From Chiloscyllium plagiosum (Eukaryota): a stretch of DNA of 64,000 nt. The DNA is taken from NCBI RefSeq assembly GCF_004010195.1, contig NC_057757.1, positions 5,370,430-5,434,429 of the forward strand, read 5' to 3'. The position numbers and the translations under genes were made by a program. Below, in pieces: positions 62,931 to 64,000 of the stretch (position 1 is its first letter; each line of letters starts with the position of its first letter). The notes beneath the pieces are model-generated. The model was not told the origin of the DNA and ran no database searches. It worked only from the letters and a program-made list of their open reading frames with translations.

Positions 62931-64000
62931 ATAATTTGGGGCAGGACTGAACCGTTAATTGTCTAATTCAAGTGCTATTTTCCTGCACTTCCCCATATCC
63001 CCTTTTTTGACTTTTTTTTTAAAAACTTTTTTTAAATATTGAAATAGAAGCTCCTATCCACCACGCTGCTGTCTGTGGGATTTTGCTCTGCACTTGTCGG
63101 GTTGCCAGGTTTCCTGTATTTATAACCAGTGGTGCCACTGTATGTTTTGGTGGGGAAAGCCTAGTCAGTGCCTTCAGGAAAAGCACTGTTTTAACCTGGG
63201 CTATCCCTAGACCTTTTTTTGACCTGTCTTGCTTGGTTATGGTGCGTGACTCGTCTGTGATACGGGAATGAGTTCCATCACTGGCGACGATGCTTTAAAA
63301 AAATGACCAGAATCTAATTGGACTCCACTCCATCTGCCAGTCCTCAGATGAAGACTGATTTGGGGATGCTGGTGTTGGACTGGGATGGACAAAGGTTAAA
63401 AATCACACAACGCCAGGTTATAGTCCAACAGGTTTATTTGGAAGCACTAGCTTTTGGAGCGCTGCTCCTTTATCAGATAGCTGTCATCACAACCACCTGT
63501 TGAAGGAGCAGCTCAACAAATGTGCACATGTAACAGGGTCTTGGGCTGGGTCTAAAAAATAACCAAAGATTTCTGAACAGGGGAGCACTTAAAAACATGG
63601 AACCGAGGGTGGAAAAAAAGTCAGCAAATCAGACTGGAGTGGTAACACCATATAGAACCTTAGTCCCTCAGCACATGGAGCATGTTGAAGGGATGATGCT
63701 TTTGGAGGTTGCTATGCAAATACACACATTTTTTTTGATTTCCACCAGGTGATGAAGGGATACAGGGGCTGGGAAATCTGCTTTTTTTTTTTGTTTTTTG
63801 TTTTTTTTTTTGTCCCAGTTCTTCATAACCTACTTCTTATTTTGTGGAAGCTACAGATTACAAACATAATTCTTTGGAAACAAGAATTTTGAGATTTGCT
63901 TTCTCTCCAGGTGGAGGAGATTATGGGTGTTTTTTTTTTAAGATTAGATTCCCTACAGTGTGGAAACAGGCCCTCCAGGTGGAGGAGATTATGGGTGTTT

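Noticed and set aside
63904..64000. Next SLC12A9 exon at ctccag|gtggagg
   Set aside because: No SLC12A9-like translation; it is a direct repeat flanking a truncated SINE tail at the window edge.

Overview
Repeat-dense vertebrate genomic DNA, almost certainly from an elasmobranch (shark), given the many HE1-type SINEs, CR1/HER1-type LINEs and a ~68-bp minisatellite. Most entries in the ORF track are repeat-derived noise. Two spliced + strand genes can be assembled by hand. (1) The 3' part of a divergent nucleolin-like RRM protein gene: 15 coding exons from 809 to the TGA at 35307-35309, 1507 nt with consistent intron phases. It carries eight tandem, frame-symmetric, lysine-rich mini-exons between RRMs, an apparently chimeric RRM, and no RGG tail. 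(2) The first three coding exons of SLC12A9 (ATG at 44811), with a U12-type intron at 61016-62311. Scattered throughout are short palindromic Penelope-derived insertions with 14-16 bp target-site duplications and minimal, dimer-type hammerhead ribozyme cores, plus a decayed Penelope GIY-YIG fragment. There is also a candidate antisense transcription unit nested in the nucleolin-like gene. Comparisons to known proteins and repeat families are from memory, not database searches, and repeat boundaries are approximate.
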